This document shows, one piece after another, positions 26,824 to 40,909 of a stretch of 64,000 bases of DNA. Source of the stretch: Flectonema sp. DT1601 (Eukaryota). The position numbers were made by a program, and so were the translations under genes. The DNA lies in contig OZ025789.1 in assembly GCA_964019425.1 (NCBI GenBank), positions 806,001 through 870,000 of the forward strand, given 5' to 3'. The notes beneath the pieces were generated by a model. The model searched no databases, was not told the DNA's origin, and was given only the letters and a program-made list of their open reading frames with translations. Position 1 is the first letter of the stretch; every line of letters starts with the position of its first letter.

Positions 26824-29683
26824 GTTTTGTTGACCAATGCTGTAGAAGAGAAGTATACCCATACGGTGACACTCGATGATTGGCTTTATCAATTTGCAAA
26901 CATATGTGAACAACCAAAAAAAAAAAGAGAATAATATGGTCAAAGCTGGTTCCGCATTTCATTTATCTTCATCAGAGAAGGCGGAAAGTTCCCTTTTTTT
27001 TGTTAATATTATAAATATTATTTTTCGTGTTTTTTTTTTTTTTTTTTTTTTTTTAAATTCTTTTCCATTCACATCATAGTGACTAAAAGGATGTGATATA
27101 GCCGATGGGTGACTTTGTACTAAAAGAACAAAGATGGCGAATACACGCCTTTCAACCATTGACCATTGTGTATTTTACGCGTAGTTACAATAATTAAAAA
27201 AAAAATGTAAGTACACGTGATTGCCCAGGACCCTAACCATTAAGTTGGTGACAGCAACGTGTACTGGACGATTCCCCTTTTTTTTTTTTTTTTTTTTTGT
27301 CTTTTTTTTTTAAATTTTTTTTACCAGTTGATTGTTTTAGTAAATTGTAAATTCTAAACAAAATTTGTTTGTAAGAAACTATAATCCGATCAGACCGCAT
27401 GGGGTTAGAAAGGAGTCGTCTACTCCATCAAGGGGTTGTTTAGAATATGGAAAGAAGAAACAACAAAAAAGAGAGCAGGAAAATTTGAAACGGAACCAAC
27501 GCTCATCACAACTTAAAAACAAGTTGAAGAAAGAAGGCGATAACGAAATAACATCCCCCAACACTGAGGGGTTTTCAAAACAACAAAACAAACACACACC
27601 TTCAAGAAGATAAAGAGGAAAGACTATTCCCCAATAGAAGCCTAATCCAGTAGTTTGATAACAGTTTGAGGCATCTTCACAAAAACAGGAAACAAGGAAC
27701 CCACAAGCAAAGGTTCAACTCATCCTCCCTTTCACGCGAGTTAATTGAACGAAGTGGGGATCGGAAGGGTGTAAGAAGCCAAAAACCATATAAAGAAAAC
27801 AGAATACATTAAACCATCCATTCGTTACACGTAAAGCTGTATTCAAAAGGGAGGGATTCCTCGTTTTCGAATAAAGTTATTTGAGCAGTCATTTTCTAAA
27901 TGTACTTTCCCCTAAACACAGATTCCACGTGATGTTAAATTAAACAAAAAAAAAAAAAATAAACAAATAAACAAATAATAATCAAAAAACCTACAGTGAA
28001 TTCGTCGTTACGTGGAAGTCAGTTGGGAGGAGGAACCTAATGACTATCACAACAAAATCTTGCTTAGTTCTGGAAATTTTCTTTTTTTGCTACGGATAAC
28101 AAGAAGAATTAACGTTAAAATATAAACAAAATAAAAACATTTTCGATGAACGACACCCAACAACAGCCTCACAAAGTTAGTAAAGTAGAATAGGAAATTA
28201 TATCATCGACAGCTTACCTACTCATCTACCTAAGAAGAAAAACAAGTACTTCCATCACGTTATAAAAACCCAAGCGTTGGTGTATCCCCAGGCATACAAT
28301 GCCAGTGATCAACGATAAAGAAAAAATACAACTTATTTTTTAAAAAAAAAAAAAACATTATTTTATTCGTTACAGATCACGAAGGTTCTTTTAACACGCA
28401 TAGAACGAAAAGAAAACACAAAACTATCACATTGGCATCACTTACAAGAAAACTCATGAAATGAATTTTCTCGTTCTTCTTCCTCTCTCCTTTTTTTTCG
28501 GAAATCAAAACACTAAACACAGACAACATGAGTCAACAAGTACAGATTCCCTAATCGAGTGATTCAAGTTAATTTTGATACCTGAACACTAAAAAAAAGA
28601 GATTCTGCCAACAATAAAGATTAAGACCAGGTAGGTAGTAACTTGATATTAGTAATCAAAAAACAAAGCAATATAAGGTTCAAAGGAGCAGAATTAATAT
28701 TTTCTCACACAATTTTTTAATTTTTTTTTTTTTTTCATGTAAGAATTATCTACCACCTTTTTTTTTTTTTTTCTCCCCCTTTCTGCTGTTTCTGCGTAAT
28801 TCACTTTAGCTAGTCACGCAGCTTAGATAAAGAAACCTGTTTAAAAAAAAGTCAACCGTATAGATTCGTTAACGAAATAGAAAAGAACAAAAAAAAAAAA
28901 AAAAAAAAAAGAACAAAAAAGGAACCGAACAAGGAAAAAAGAATCACCTCTTACTTTTTTAACTCAACACTTTTTGTTTGTGTAATTGGTACAAAAATCC
29001 TAAGAACACGATTCTCATTCTACCGAAACAATAAGTTTTTTTTTTTTAGGTTTTGAAATTAACCAAATCTCAAAAATAACAAAGAGAGAGATTGCAGCAA
29101 TAAAGCTGAAGATCCGGGACAGGAAAAAAAAAAAAAAAAATTTAAAATAACACGTCATTGAGAGACATGAGAAGAGAGTACAAAGAAATTGTTATTTTCC
29201 TTTTTTTTTTTTTTTTTGGCTTTAATTATAATAGTTTCAAAAAAATTACAAAGCTCAAAAATTTTACGGAGTTTTTGAAGACCTCCCGAAGATCAATAAT
29301 AAACGAAATAGGGGAAACAAAAAAAAAAAAAAACAAAAAAAAAAACTTTCCGCCGTTATTCAGTACGTGAAATCGACAATTCAACTACACATACTAAAGA
29401 GGCCTGATTCCAATTCCTTTTTTTTGTAATCTTTTTAACGACAAGACTACCCAGATATTGGATTTGAGCATCAGTGATATAAAGAAACACTGCTATGCCT
29501 GACATTGCTACGTATATATCCCAAAGTAGAATGATATGAGAGAGACAATCAATCATTCAGCTGTAATAGAAATCAAGGGAGGGGGGATGAAAAAAGAAAC
29601 CATTCACAAATAATAAAAAGAAAATAATTTTGCTGAAAATTTCAACAAATTACCTGTGATGTGGTTATGTTAGAGGGAATCAT

Positions 29684-32600
29684 CTATGTTGCTTCGCGAA
29701 CTTCCTCGCTGGCTTCATCAATAATTTCCTCATGTGTTTCCAACAGAGCCTCTCCCAATTCTGCCGCATCGGCGTCTGGTGATTTTCTGTGGACCGAAGT
29801 GGAAAGGCGAGGATTGTCTGTAGTGTGTAAATTATTATTTTTTAAAATCCAAAAGTCGAATACTTAAATAATAAATAATATCACAAACCAGTTTGCGAGT
29901 CAGCAAGGGAGCGAAGCTCAACATTATCGCCCTCGTAATGCTCCTCAGCTGCGAGAAGTTTTTCAGCATCGGATCTTTTAGTCATGCGTTGCTTTAGGGC
30001 GGCAGATTCTTTCTGGACGACGTGAAATCCTTGGAAGGCTTCCCTGTCGATTAATGCAGAACCAACCCCCCAGACTTCAAGGAGTGCGAACCACGGCTGC
30101 ATAACCAATTGTAACCACAATAAAACAAGCCACTTTGCAATACCCAACTTCCTTATTGAAAATGTAAATAAAAACCCAACCACGTAAGCCCAACACCAAT
30201 ACGCAGACACTCCAGCGAGTACGCATCTAAAAAACTGAGACAAATCAGTCTTCACACTGAGAACAAGAATAGCTGCAGGAAGCATCAGAGGTGCCCAACC
30301 CCACTGAATTTCAAGAAGAAAGAGACCGAGACGGTACTTGAGTGGAATTCCAGGTGCTTTTGCGACGAGCCAGAGTCCGGCAAACCATCTTTTACGCTGC
30401 TTTGCAAAGTCGAGAATAGAAAATGGAGATTGCTCGTACATGTAAGCGTCAATGAAAGAAAACTTTACCCCCAGAGAGCGAGCAACAAGTGCGAAGTAAG
30501 CGTCTTCAGTAACAGAACCTGCCATACCGTGATCGAAGGTAGTGGCTTCTTCTACAGCTTGACTTGCAACAACAAATGATCCGTGCATTCCAATTAGAGG
30601 TTCGTGTAGTTCAAATTGAACTCTGAACTTCCCATAATCATCAGCAACACGAATAGAATCAGCGAGTGTTGTTACCCAGTTCTCAATCTCATCATTGGAT
30701 CCATATACAATCACTCCTTGACCTATTCTACCGTATCTTCTCTTTCCTTCTTGAATAGCAGCGTTCTCAACAGCGCAATGATGAAATACTTTCTGAACGG
30801 TCTCAACTTCAAAACGAGTTTCCTCATCTTGATGAACAATCCAATCATCTTTAGTACAGCTACTGTTGTGGATGGCGTACTCAAGAGCACGAGCCTTAAA
30901 CTTCGCACCGGTAGGACACTTGTATGATGTCGGGACAACTATTTCTGTAACTGGAGTGCTAGTCCTACTCTGAAGCTGCATGTCGTTATCCGTCACTACT
31001 TCCAGTTCGTACCTGTCTGGTGGGAGGCAGGACTCAAGAACTCTGGCGGCAGTCTCAACATTCTCAAGAACAAGAAGAGGAGCCTTACCACGTGTTACTA
31101 TTCTAAAGTGAAGTTTGTGAGGAAAGTGAGGAATCCCAGCAACAGTATCATCAAGCATAGCTTCTAGACTTGGTACTTTACTTCTCCTACACGGAGGGAA
31201 TAATATCTGACCAGTAAGTCCAACAACCGCAACAGGAAGAGATGATAAAGCTAACCACTTAACGACAGAAACTATGTCACCAGCAACAGTCCCCGTCAAG
31301 TCAAAAGCATACGAGTCTCCTTCCCATCTGAGAATGGTCCCCGTTCCAAAGAGAGCCAAACACATGAATAACGCGAATATTGAACCCATAGTACAATAGT
31401 AACCAATTATCTTTATAAATTCTGGTGTTTCACTTGGAACAACATCAAACACGTGAGGGATACGTGAGCCACTGCTAGCCCATACCCTTGAACAAACTCT
31501 AATTAAAGGCAGTTCTACGTGGTGTAAGACCAGTAAAGAAAACCCAACTAACATAAACAGGAATGCTCCACACTCATAGTCAACAAGAGGGTAAGGAAAT
31601 CCAAGATAATTAGCGAAGAAATTAAATAGTGGAGCCTGGAGTAGATAAATTGTAAAAGAAGCGTTTCCAAAATATAAAAGTGGAGGCCATGACAAGGCTC
31701 TTGAAAGGAAGTCATGACCTCGACCTCCATACCAGAGTAGGATTCCTACAAGTGGCTGAAGCATTCCGTGGCGAGCCCACTCGTGCCAGAAAGGGAAGTT
31801 TCCATGTTCTTCAGATAGATCAGCGGTTAAGAATAAAACAATCATTAATAAAACTGTTACCGGTACGGCTATGACATCTCTCATTGTAGCTGCTCTGTAA
31901 CTCTCATCTTCATGGGCTTCCAAATAATTCAAACCCAACACCAGTCCAGCCAGAAATGATGGAAAGTGTGCAGTCAGAAAAATATGATTCAGCGGTGCAA
32001 AGACACCCGTCCAATTCTCATTAAGAGCGTCCAGTGCTGACATGGCTCCTCCGATAAAACAAAGTGGGAGAACTACATTTGTTCTCTTTTGATAAGAAAC
32101 CGTTTTCATAATATCACGTACCGTTGGGAAGATTGCATACATTAATAAGAATGGGCCAACAGCCCATCCCGGAGTGTTAATGTTGTTCAACGCAGGACCA
32201 ACCCATTTTTGCAATGCCAATATTATGACAGTCGTATCAACTGCATCGACAGTGGTATTCTTTAAAACAATAAGACCCAGTAAGATTGAGAACAGGTACA
32301 GTGGATACAGTCTGATAAATCTTCCAACCCAGAAGTTAGTTTGATCAATGGACTTATCTCCATATTGATAGGCTAATATAAACCCAGAGAGCATGAAGAA
32401 GAATGTTAGTTGGCACGCACCCCAACTTGCAAAAACATAAAACATCTTATTGTTATCTCCGTTTTTAACATTTATCGGATTATTACCAGCATTGAAGTGA
32501 TAAATAACAATATGGATGGCAGCGAAGAATCTCATTGAGTTCAAAGCGAATAACATTGGTTTCTTTTGTGACGGTTTTGATAATGGAGATCGAGGAGTTG

Positions 32601-35600
32601 GTTTTTCAGGGACGTCAATAGAAAGCTTCCAAAAGCAAAATAATTCAGCTCCCGTAAACAGTAATCCAACAACAATCATTGCCCAAAACCAAAAGTCAGG
32701 AGTATCTTGGCTTTTAACACCTGCGACCCTTGCAGAAACGGTTAAATCATACCAACAGAGTTTTTGAACTTCATTACCAGAAATGCCGTGAGATATTCTC
32801 AAATGAGCTTTAGCAAGCAACAATAACATACAACACAGATACGATGGTCTTACCAATTGGAAGAGCCTCTTTGATGTTTCTGTTTCGTCTTCACTTGTTA
32901 CTTTGATAAACCAAAAGGCGACAAGAGAAACTCCCAAACGGACTGCGTGGTAAACCCAGGCATCTGATATTAGTCTTCCCATTTGACGATAGTCAGCAGA
33001 GAAGCCATGGAATCGACCTGAAGTAGTTCCTCCTTCAGTTAGGATAGCTGCATGGAGAATGATATCAAAAAGTATTAAGAATTTCAATTTCGTTGCGAAA
33101 CGAGCGATCCATGGTTTCTGATGATCAAGGATCGGTGTGATGACTTGAGGAGCCATAATGATAATGTCATCATCACTCTCTTCATTCTCATGATACATCC
33201 CACGCTCTTCATCTTTTTGTTTATTTTCATCAACTCTCCTCGTTCTATAACACGCACTCACCGCTATTAAGAACCCAATAATCCAAAGGAAAGCAGCATA
33301 TCCTATTTGAGTTGATTTATTCTCTTCATTTTTGACTACAGGCGCTTCTTCTTGAACTTGACAAGTTGGGTTATCAAACGTGATTTGCATCACAGCGTAA
33401 CTCTGAAGAGTAATTGTATTCAACGAAGTAGATGAGATGACAGGACGAACGCCTCCATTATTAATCGTAAATACAGAAGTCACGTCATGAGGAACCATAA
33501 ACTTCATATCAATTGAGAGAGTCGCTGGATCATCTTGAATATTAGCAGCAGCAACAATCACTCTGCAGCCATCTGTTATCGAAGCAACGACAATATCTTC
33601 TGTTCGTCCTTCAACGCTATTTGGCCAGGAACGTTTAACAGCATATGTTTTTCCCTTTGGCCATGATTTGAAAAATGGTCCAAAGACGTCCATTAAAACA
33701 CTGAACTTACCTGCCCTGTCAATCAACCCAAAGCACCCAGGAGCCCAGAAGTTATCCCTCGTCGACCAGTATAAAGCATCAGAAACACCGCTGTTAATTA
33801 GAACTAGGAATGTCGCGAATGCACGCGCTGCCCACAATGGAGATAAACCCATATTCAATTCAACTTTCTCAGTCGTCTTATTTATATAACAATACTGTGG
33901 TGCCGATGAGAATGATTGACCAGCAAGAGAACGAGGGTTTAAATTAATACCTCCCCACTCTGTTGATATGATTTGCTTACCCGAAGCAAGAGAAGACGAA
34001 TTAACATAACGAGACCATTTTATGAATGCCTCATCGAGGTATGATGGTCCACGATGTTGAGTATCATAGACGTCGTCCCAAGGATGGATTGAGTACTTAT
34101 CGATGTACGTTCTTGCGAGAGAATCGGATGCAATTTCTTGCATATAACATGTTGGGAGACGTTCGTTTGTTAATGGGTTGAAACATTCTAAACTGGAACC
34201 TAAGTCAGAAATCCCTGGACCAATAATAGAAACATCACCACACCCACGTTCAGCTAAAGCTCTCTTTGTTTCCTTAACAAGTTCAGGATATTGTTCTGGT
34301 GCAACGTACGCATCCCAAAGACCGTTCGGTTCGTTTGTTAATTCAATTCCAACTAAGTTGACCTGCAGCATGTCTCGAAGGAATCTAACTGCTTCTGCGA
34401 TGTATGACGCCAAGGAAGAGCTTCTAATTAGTATTCTACTGTCGTAGAATGTATCCGTGTAGTTAATTGGTATCTTCTGTGTGTATGAAGGGGGAATATC
34501 AAATAAGATAGCCATTATAGAAATGTCTCTATCTTTTAAGGCATCAGCGTAGTCTTTGATTTCACAAGCTCTGTCACCATAGGCTCTGGCAATATAATCT
34601 TGAAGAGCTTTTTGTCCTGAAATAGATGAGGTGTCGACTGGGGGGTCTTCAGATTCAATGACTGCAGGAAACAAGTTTCCCCATCTCACCATTCTTATTG
34701 CTTTCGAAGGAACTAAGTCAACAGCTTCCAACTCTTCGTGAGCACCCCAAACATTAAAACCCCAATAGAATTCATTCCCAACCTGATCTGGTTTTATTAC
34801 GTACGTTTGACTCTTTGGAATCCTACAAATAGGAACTGCATCTGCCGCTGTTACGTTAACCTGATTGGCATCGTTAAACCAAACAGTGACTGAGATTCCA
34901 TTAAATGTTAGATAGCATCCTCTTGGTCGGAAGAATTTACTTTCAACTGACGTGTCAAAGACACCTCCACTTAGTTTTAATTCCGATGCTGCATATTGAC
35001 ATTCCTTCATTGTTCCGATATAACGATAACCCTCTCCAGCTGTTGTGCACTCATCATCAAGTTGTAAACGAGTGTAGTCACCTGTTGCTGTTACTTTTAT
35101 CGCTGCACAGATTGGTGACTCGTACACATTATGATAAACACTAATACCTGTTGGGTTGTAGTGTAATCCAGCAGGTAAATAAGAATCTGTGTGAGAGATA
35201 AAACAACCAGCAGGATGAAGGTAAACTTGACTAACAGGAACTGGAACTGCTTCCGTAAAAACATATCCAAGAAAACGAGCAGCATTCAGACAGTCTTGCT
35301 GCGTGCTAATAACAGTGTAGCCTGCTGTTGCGCTGTCAGAACAGGTTTGATCGTTTTTGAGTTGGATGAAATCTTCGTTTAATATACCTCCTCCCCAATA
35401 GCAGATAGCAGCAGCGTTCTTTCCTGTTGCTAACGATGCCAGTTGTCTGTTGAATATTAATCCTCTCTTTGGTGATGAAAAAATGTCATAATAACATCCT
35501 GGAGTCTCAATTGTGCTATTAACGACTGTTATATTTGAATCAAATATTCCAAGAAGTCTGGCAGCATTCCGACACCCATCAATAGTCGTGATGACATTAT

Positions 35601-36303
35601 TACCCAAACGCATGCAGCCATACCAACCTCCTTGTTTGATGACACCAGCGATATTACTGGAAGGGGTTGGTTTGACATATTGTTTCTTAGAAACTAATTG
35701 ACAGACAGGAGAGAATACATTATGAAGCCTACTCTCACTATACCAATATGGATTGTACCAAACATGTTCTAAGTATAAATCAACTGAACAACCAGCGGGG
35801 TATTGAATTCTGCTTGCAGTCGGAACAACAACAAATTGTAAATCCCCAAGCCCCAACTTTGTAACAACATCAGAACACTCTTCCTGAGTATAAATTATTT
35901 CTTCTCCAAGTTCGTTACATGTGTGAAGGTTTCCGAATCTTTCATACCTTCCATCATCAGTGATGTTTTTATCACCAACCGTCTCACATATAGACAAGTC
36001 ATAGATTTGTTGAGCAGCACTGTTGAGGTTTGGGTTAAACCAAAGTCCAGTAAAAGCACCGTAAGTCTCATAGAAACATCCACCTACTGCGGTGCTGTTC
36101 ATATAGTCTGGAACAATATTAAGTTGAACATTAGTGTATCCGAGTGCTGCTGCTGCACCTTTACAGGTCTGCGCGTTTCTAACTAGAAAATTCCCTTCAG
36201 TAAAACACGTTTTTCCCGCCGCTGTAGCATTCAGATACTTCTCTCCGGAAGTCACAGCTACTAGCGCTAGCACGCAAAGAGCGCTAGGCAAAAACGAAAA
36301 CAT
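29684..36303 (-). CDS. Multidomain membrane glyco-enzyme (~2182 aa): signal peptide, 5 Cys-rich repeats, clan GH-A hydrolase, TM, 4-TM module, acyltransferase-3, egghead/bre-3-like GT2; exons 36303-29889, 29817-29684
   Basis: ELTNEPNG (~34330) and ISTEWG (~33960) GH-A glutamates; LNSMRFFAAIHIVIYHF, FFFMLSGFILAYQY, RFIRLYPLY (acyltransferase-3); FRIVTRG, KFKARALEY, WIVHQDEET, TTLADSIRVADDYGK, GSVTEDAYF, QRKRW (GT2); a phase-1 intron adds an acidic tail. Confidence 0.88.
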
Positions 36304-37594
36304 TTTTTTTTTTTTCACCAACAGGAGATGAAAATCTGAAGGAAAGAATAACACCTGTAACAAATATCTACTTGAAGCAATATTACAGAGCTATCAAAAA
36401 TATCAGATCAGCTTTAAATAAGACACCAAACTCCATTGTGTGTAATAACTGTTTTAAGGAAACATAATAATCAGTTCTGTACACTGATTCTCAAAGGAAT
36501 AATATACTTCAATACCAGAGTAAGTTATCATTTCTGTGACTAGGTTTTTGTGAAGTGGGGTTACAGGGGATTACTTGTTAAGATTTAAAACATTAGAAAA
36601 GAAGAAGAAAATTTTTTAAAAAAAAAAACTGCAGTCAGAGATATCCCACAGGGATAAAAGGCAATGCACCTTTCTTAAACTTTTTTCATTTCTGTGACCT
36701 CCTTTGGTGACTGTTGTGGAATACCAGTCAAATGTGGGTAAGTTTTAAATAAGGCATAAAGTATTTATTTATTCATTTATCTTGGAAGCCAAAAAACCAG
36801 GAAAAGCCCAACAGTAACAGTCAGATCGCTACCAGCCAACTGTGAGAAAAACACCGACCGAAGAAAGTAAATATTTTTGCAGTGAAATTGACTTCTGGAA
36901 AGGAAAAAACAAAAAAAAAAAAAAAAGGGACCCGAAATTGCCGCAGTCAGGCGTTTGACTGTTTTCAACCAGAAAACAACTAAGGAATTCAACGAGAATA
37001 AAAAACATAACGAAAAGAAATATATCCAAGTCATCTTCGGACAACAGACATACTCAACAAAGTCACCGCAAAAGAGGTGCGAAAATAGGATTTAATCAAA
37101 AAAAATTAAAACAAAACACAACCCGACAATAAACTAAAGAAGCCACTACTAAAGCGTTGCTTATTATTTACTTTTGGTATACCGTCTTAAGCCTTTGTTT
37201 AATATTCTTTTGAGTTAAAGAAAAGAAACGAGAAAAAAAAAAAGAAGAAAAAAAGCGAAACAGTGGGCACTTGCCAATAATATATAAACATTTAAATATA
37301 TAAAATAGTACTAAATCTTCAGACAAAAACAGTAGTGAGAAAATGTGTTAAGAGATTTTGTATGGCTTGGATTGGAGTTTATTGTAAAAAAAGAATATAG
37401 ATTCCATTGTAACACTGCGGAAAAACGTAGTTTCAGGACAACAAGATAATCTTATACTACTTGGTCCCCTTTTTCTTATCGTAAAAGAACCGATAATATA
37501 TAAGTTTGTTAGTTAGTTAGGTTAATTGAGTTAGCGTTAAAGTAATAGACTGAATAAAATGCTTTCGTTCCCCACTTGTATGACGGGATAAAAA

Positions 37595-38623
37595 CTATTT
37601 TGAAAAAGTTGCCTTCGCATTTTCAATCGCTTTCTTCGGATCAGCTTTTGCCTCAGCTACAGTAGACGCAATGGTAGTTGTCACATTAGTGACTGCTGCA
37701 GTTCCCTGAACCTGAAGATCTTGAATAGCACCTCTACCAATCTCTGCTAAGGTAACCTGATTAGGTTGTTGAATACCTGCATATTGATAATCAGGAAGGG
37801 GAATAACGAGATGGCATTCCCTCCAAGCCCAATCAAGAATACCAAACGCACTGGTTGCTTGATTCGTTGATGCTGTTCCTACAGTTGGTTTTACATCAAA
37901 TAATCTATGAACAGGACCCTGTCTAGTATACACAAGTATACCATGAGGAATAACCCTCGAATGAGGTAATGGAACACAACATGGAGTCGGGTCTTCTGTG
38001 TCTAACTTGACTGCTAAATGAATACTAACAATGTCTTCAAGTGGTATTCTAACGCTGGGATGCTGCTTGCTGTCAGCAACAAATAATAAACTTTTATTTG
38101 TACACATCATTGACCCAGCAAGATGAGTAAAATGAGGAAGTGGATCTTCTGTAGTAACGGTATTCACGAGGTTAACGCAGTAGTCGTGGTAAACAAGTTT
38201 TTCAGTTTCTTGTAGTTCTGGGTAAGCCTTTTGGTAGCGTTCTTCAGCGTGTTTGTCAAGTTTTTCAGCTACCATGTCGTGTGCTGATTGAGTAGCACCA
38301 GTTTTAACTTTATCAAGTTTGTGAGAAACGCTGTTTAACTTTGCATGTGCCTTGTCCATAAAAGATCTTTTTTCTTTCTTCTGAAGCTGACCTTGCTTCT
38401 CATGATACTCACTGCTTCGATCTGCAAGTTCCTTCTCTCGTCCTTCCTTTTCAAGTTCACGCCTTCTGGATGGCGCAGGTAAATCACTCTTAGCACCCGG
38501 AAGAGGAGCTCTTGTCACTATATCAGTTTTGTATAAACCTTCAACAACTGCATGCCTTACTATTGGGTCCACATGCATGTGAAGCATCGACGCTGTAGGG
38601 GCAGACGGTTGTACATCAGACAT
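37595..38623 (-). CDS. GRAM/PH-like domain protein
   Basis: 342-aa ORF; PELQETEKLVYHDYC...LAGSMMCTNKSLLF...VRIPLEDIVSI is GRAM-like; acceptor TTTACGCAG at 38634-38636. Confidence 0.65.
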   Translation of the reverse strand: MSDVQPSAPTASMLHMHVDPIVRHAVVEGLYKTDIVTRAPLPGAKSDLPAPSRRRELEKEGREKELADRSSEYHEKQGQLQKKEKRSFMDKAHAKLNSVSHKLDKVKTGATQSAHDMVAEKLDKHAEERYQKAYPELQETEKLVYHDYCVNLVNTVTTEDPLPHFTHLAGSMMCTNKSLLFVADSKQHPSVRIPLEDIVSIHLAVKLDTEDPTPCCVPLPHSRVIPHGILVYTRQGPVHRLFDVKPTVGTASTNQATSAFGILDWAWRECHLVIPLPDYQYAGIQQPNQVTLAEIGRGAIQDLQVQGTAAVTNVTTTIASTVAEAKADPKKAIENAKATFSK

Positions 38624-39204
38624 TTTGTTGGAACTGCGTAAAGGAAAGAATAGTTATTAGAGTCCTACTTGGGTCATTTCACATGTATGAATAGCTGTAA
38701 TCAAGAAAAACTTGTAAAAAACGCATACTGTGAAAACCGTATTTAATTGCGCTGATCTGATGCATAGAAATGCACTTATCCGCAAGGCAAAGAAGGCCCA
38801 CATACGAAAGAAATAAAAATAAAGAGAGAAGAAAAAAAAAAAACCGAAACGGGAACAAAACAATTTAAAGTAACTGTTAATAGCGAAAAATCTGTGTTCC
38901 TTGCACAGAAATGCAAGCAGCCAAAGCATTGAGAATAAAGTTCACCAGGACTAGGCTTTGTCTGTAGATCAACATACCAAGAGGCTACACAGAAATATTT
39001 GCCATCTTCAAAACCGCTTTTTCATTCTCTAACGAAAAAAACGAAACTTGAAACTTAAAAAAAAAAAAAAAGAATATTAAAATAGTAGTAGTTACGGTAG
39101 GTTAATATTTTTTTTCAGAAAGCACGAAACAAACTGATTGTAAATGAGCGGTGTGCAAAAGATAAAAAAAAAAAACAGAAACTATTGTGTAGCAGGTCAG
39201 CACA

Positions 39205-40527
39205 TTATTCCCTCGCTGACCTGGGAGAGTCTTCAGTAGATCGATCAAAGCTCCCCCAATACCTCTCGGAAATTGATTCTAGTTCTTCCTCTCCGGGTAC
39301 TTGGATATCAGAACGTCGCCGACTGATGCATTCAAAACTAAGGGAATTAGTGTTATCTATTGTCCAACCATTCACACCTGACTCTAAGAATGGATTTGAA
39401 GGAGGAATTGGATTAGACTTTACTGGACGAGTACTACCAGAAACAGGTCTTCTTAAATCACGATCAGCTGAGTGATGTTGATATTCAAATGATGGGTTCT
39501 GAGGTATGGGTCCAGTTCCTGAAGAGCTACAAGGAGCGGATGATGGAGAACAAAGACGAGGAGAATACGCCGTGCCGTTAACAGGCATTGAAAAAGGAAT
39601 CTTCTGCTGTTTTGGTTGCAGCTGTGAAACTGTCGGACAGAGTGAAGGTGAACTTGTTTGCTTTCCTCTGAGCCCTGCTGCCTGATCTAAAAATTCATCT
39701 AACGCATCCCCTGCTACTGGTTCTCTTTGAGGTGTTGGTAATGTGTCAGCTTCTGGTCTCGGAGTTCGAGACACAGAGACGCTGACTAAACTACATTGTG
39801 TACCATACGGGAAGTCCACAGATTTTGGAAGCGAACCGTCTCCTGGAGAGTATGTCAGCGGCACTGGAGCCTGTTTGTTATTTACATTCAGAAGCAGACT
39901 TAGTGGTGTGACTAAACGATGTGATGATTTTAATTATCTTAACATACCTTCAGAGTAAATATTCTTCGTAAGCTACACCAAGATCCGAGAGTGATGCATT
40001 CTAAGGTTTTGTGTCTGCTACTCGCTCCAAAGCAAGCCGATAGCAGTTGAGGCTGTGTTGTTTGTTTTACATGAATTCCTCACTACTAACATGACACGAG
40101 TGTCAAGGAGACATGAACCACATACCAGGTCTATACAAAGAAGCATCCAGGTATCGCGAGGGAGTGAAAATGGAAGCTTCGCAACGTCACCTTGTATGAC
40201 TGCTTGCTGTCTCTGCATATTGAAAGTAATTCTCTTACGAGAACTGGCACCAGATTTAAGACCAGATGTATCTTCTAGTACCAAATCGAGACACGTTGAT
40301 CCAGTTGGAGCGATTAATTGTAAAGCTAATATTGGATGAGATAATCTAAGACCTGGTACCTTCTGAGATCTAGGTAATGAAACCCTCGTAGAGTCGCCTT
40401 CTAACACTAAAACACTACATCGGAGTAGTTTATTATACTCCCTCCTTACCATCTTTGAATGATTAGTTCCAATATCAGATAGTGCCCCCTGAGGTGTAAA
40501 CACCTCACAGACGGGGCGGTTTTGCAT
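39205..40527 (-). CDS. CFAP20 (DUF667) domain protein with disordered tail; exons 40527-40126, 40052-39948, 39870-39205
   Basis: VCEVFTPQG, VRREYNKLLRCSVLVLEG, LRLSHPILALQL, WMLLCIDL, CSLRRIFTLK; two phase-0 introns. Confidence 0.8.
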
Positions 40528-40909
40528 GTCTAATGTCAATCTGAAGAGAGGGGAAATTACTTTTCTCTATATAATGACTAACAAGAGTCAGGTATTTCAC
40601 TTACAAAAAAATCGAATTCATAGAAAGCATTGCTCTTTAGAAAAAGAACACGAAGTATGAATATCAATCACGTTAAGTGATAATATAGTTAATACAAGTG
40701 AATACAGAGTGTTCAAATACACCCACAGCTCCTTTAGGTTAGTCGTCTCACAGTAGTAAGAAGGCTTCGCTACCTAAATAATCGAAGAAAAAAAAAAAAA
40801 ACAGGAAGAAAAAAATATAATCGAAAACCACGTAATTTGACTAGAATATAGTTCTTGAAAAAAACAAACTCGCTCAGAATCAGATTTCCGTTTTCTTTAG
40901 ACTTCAGTT

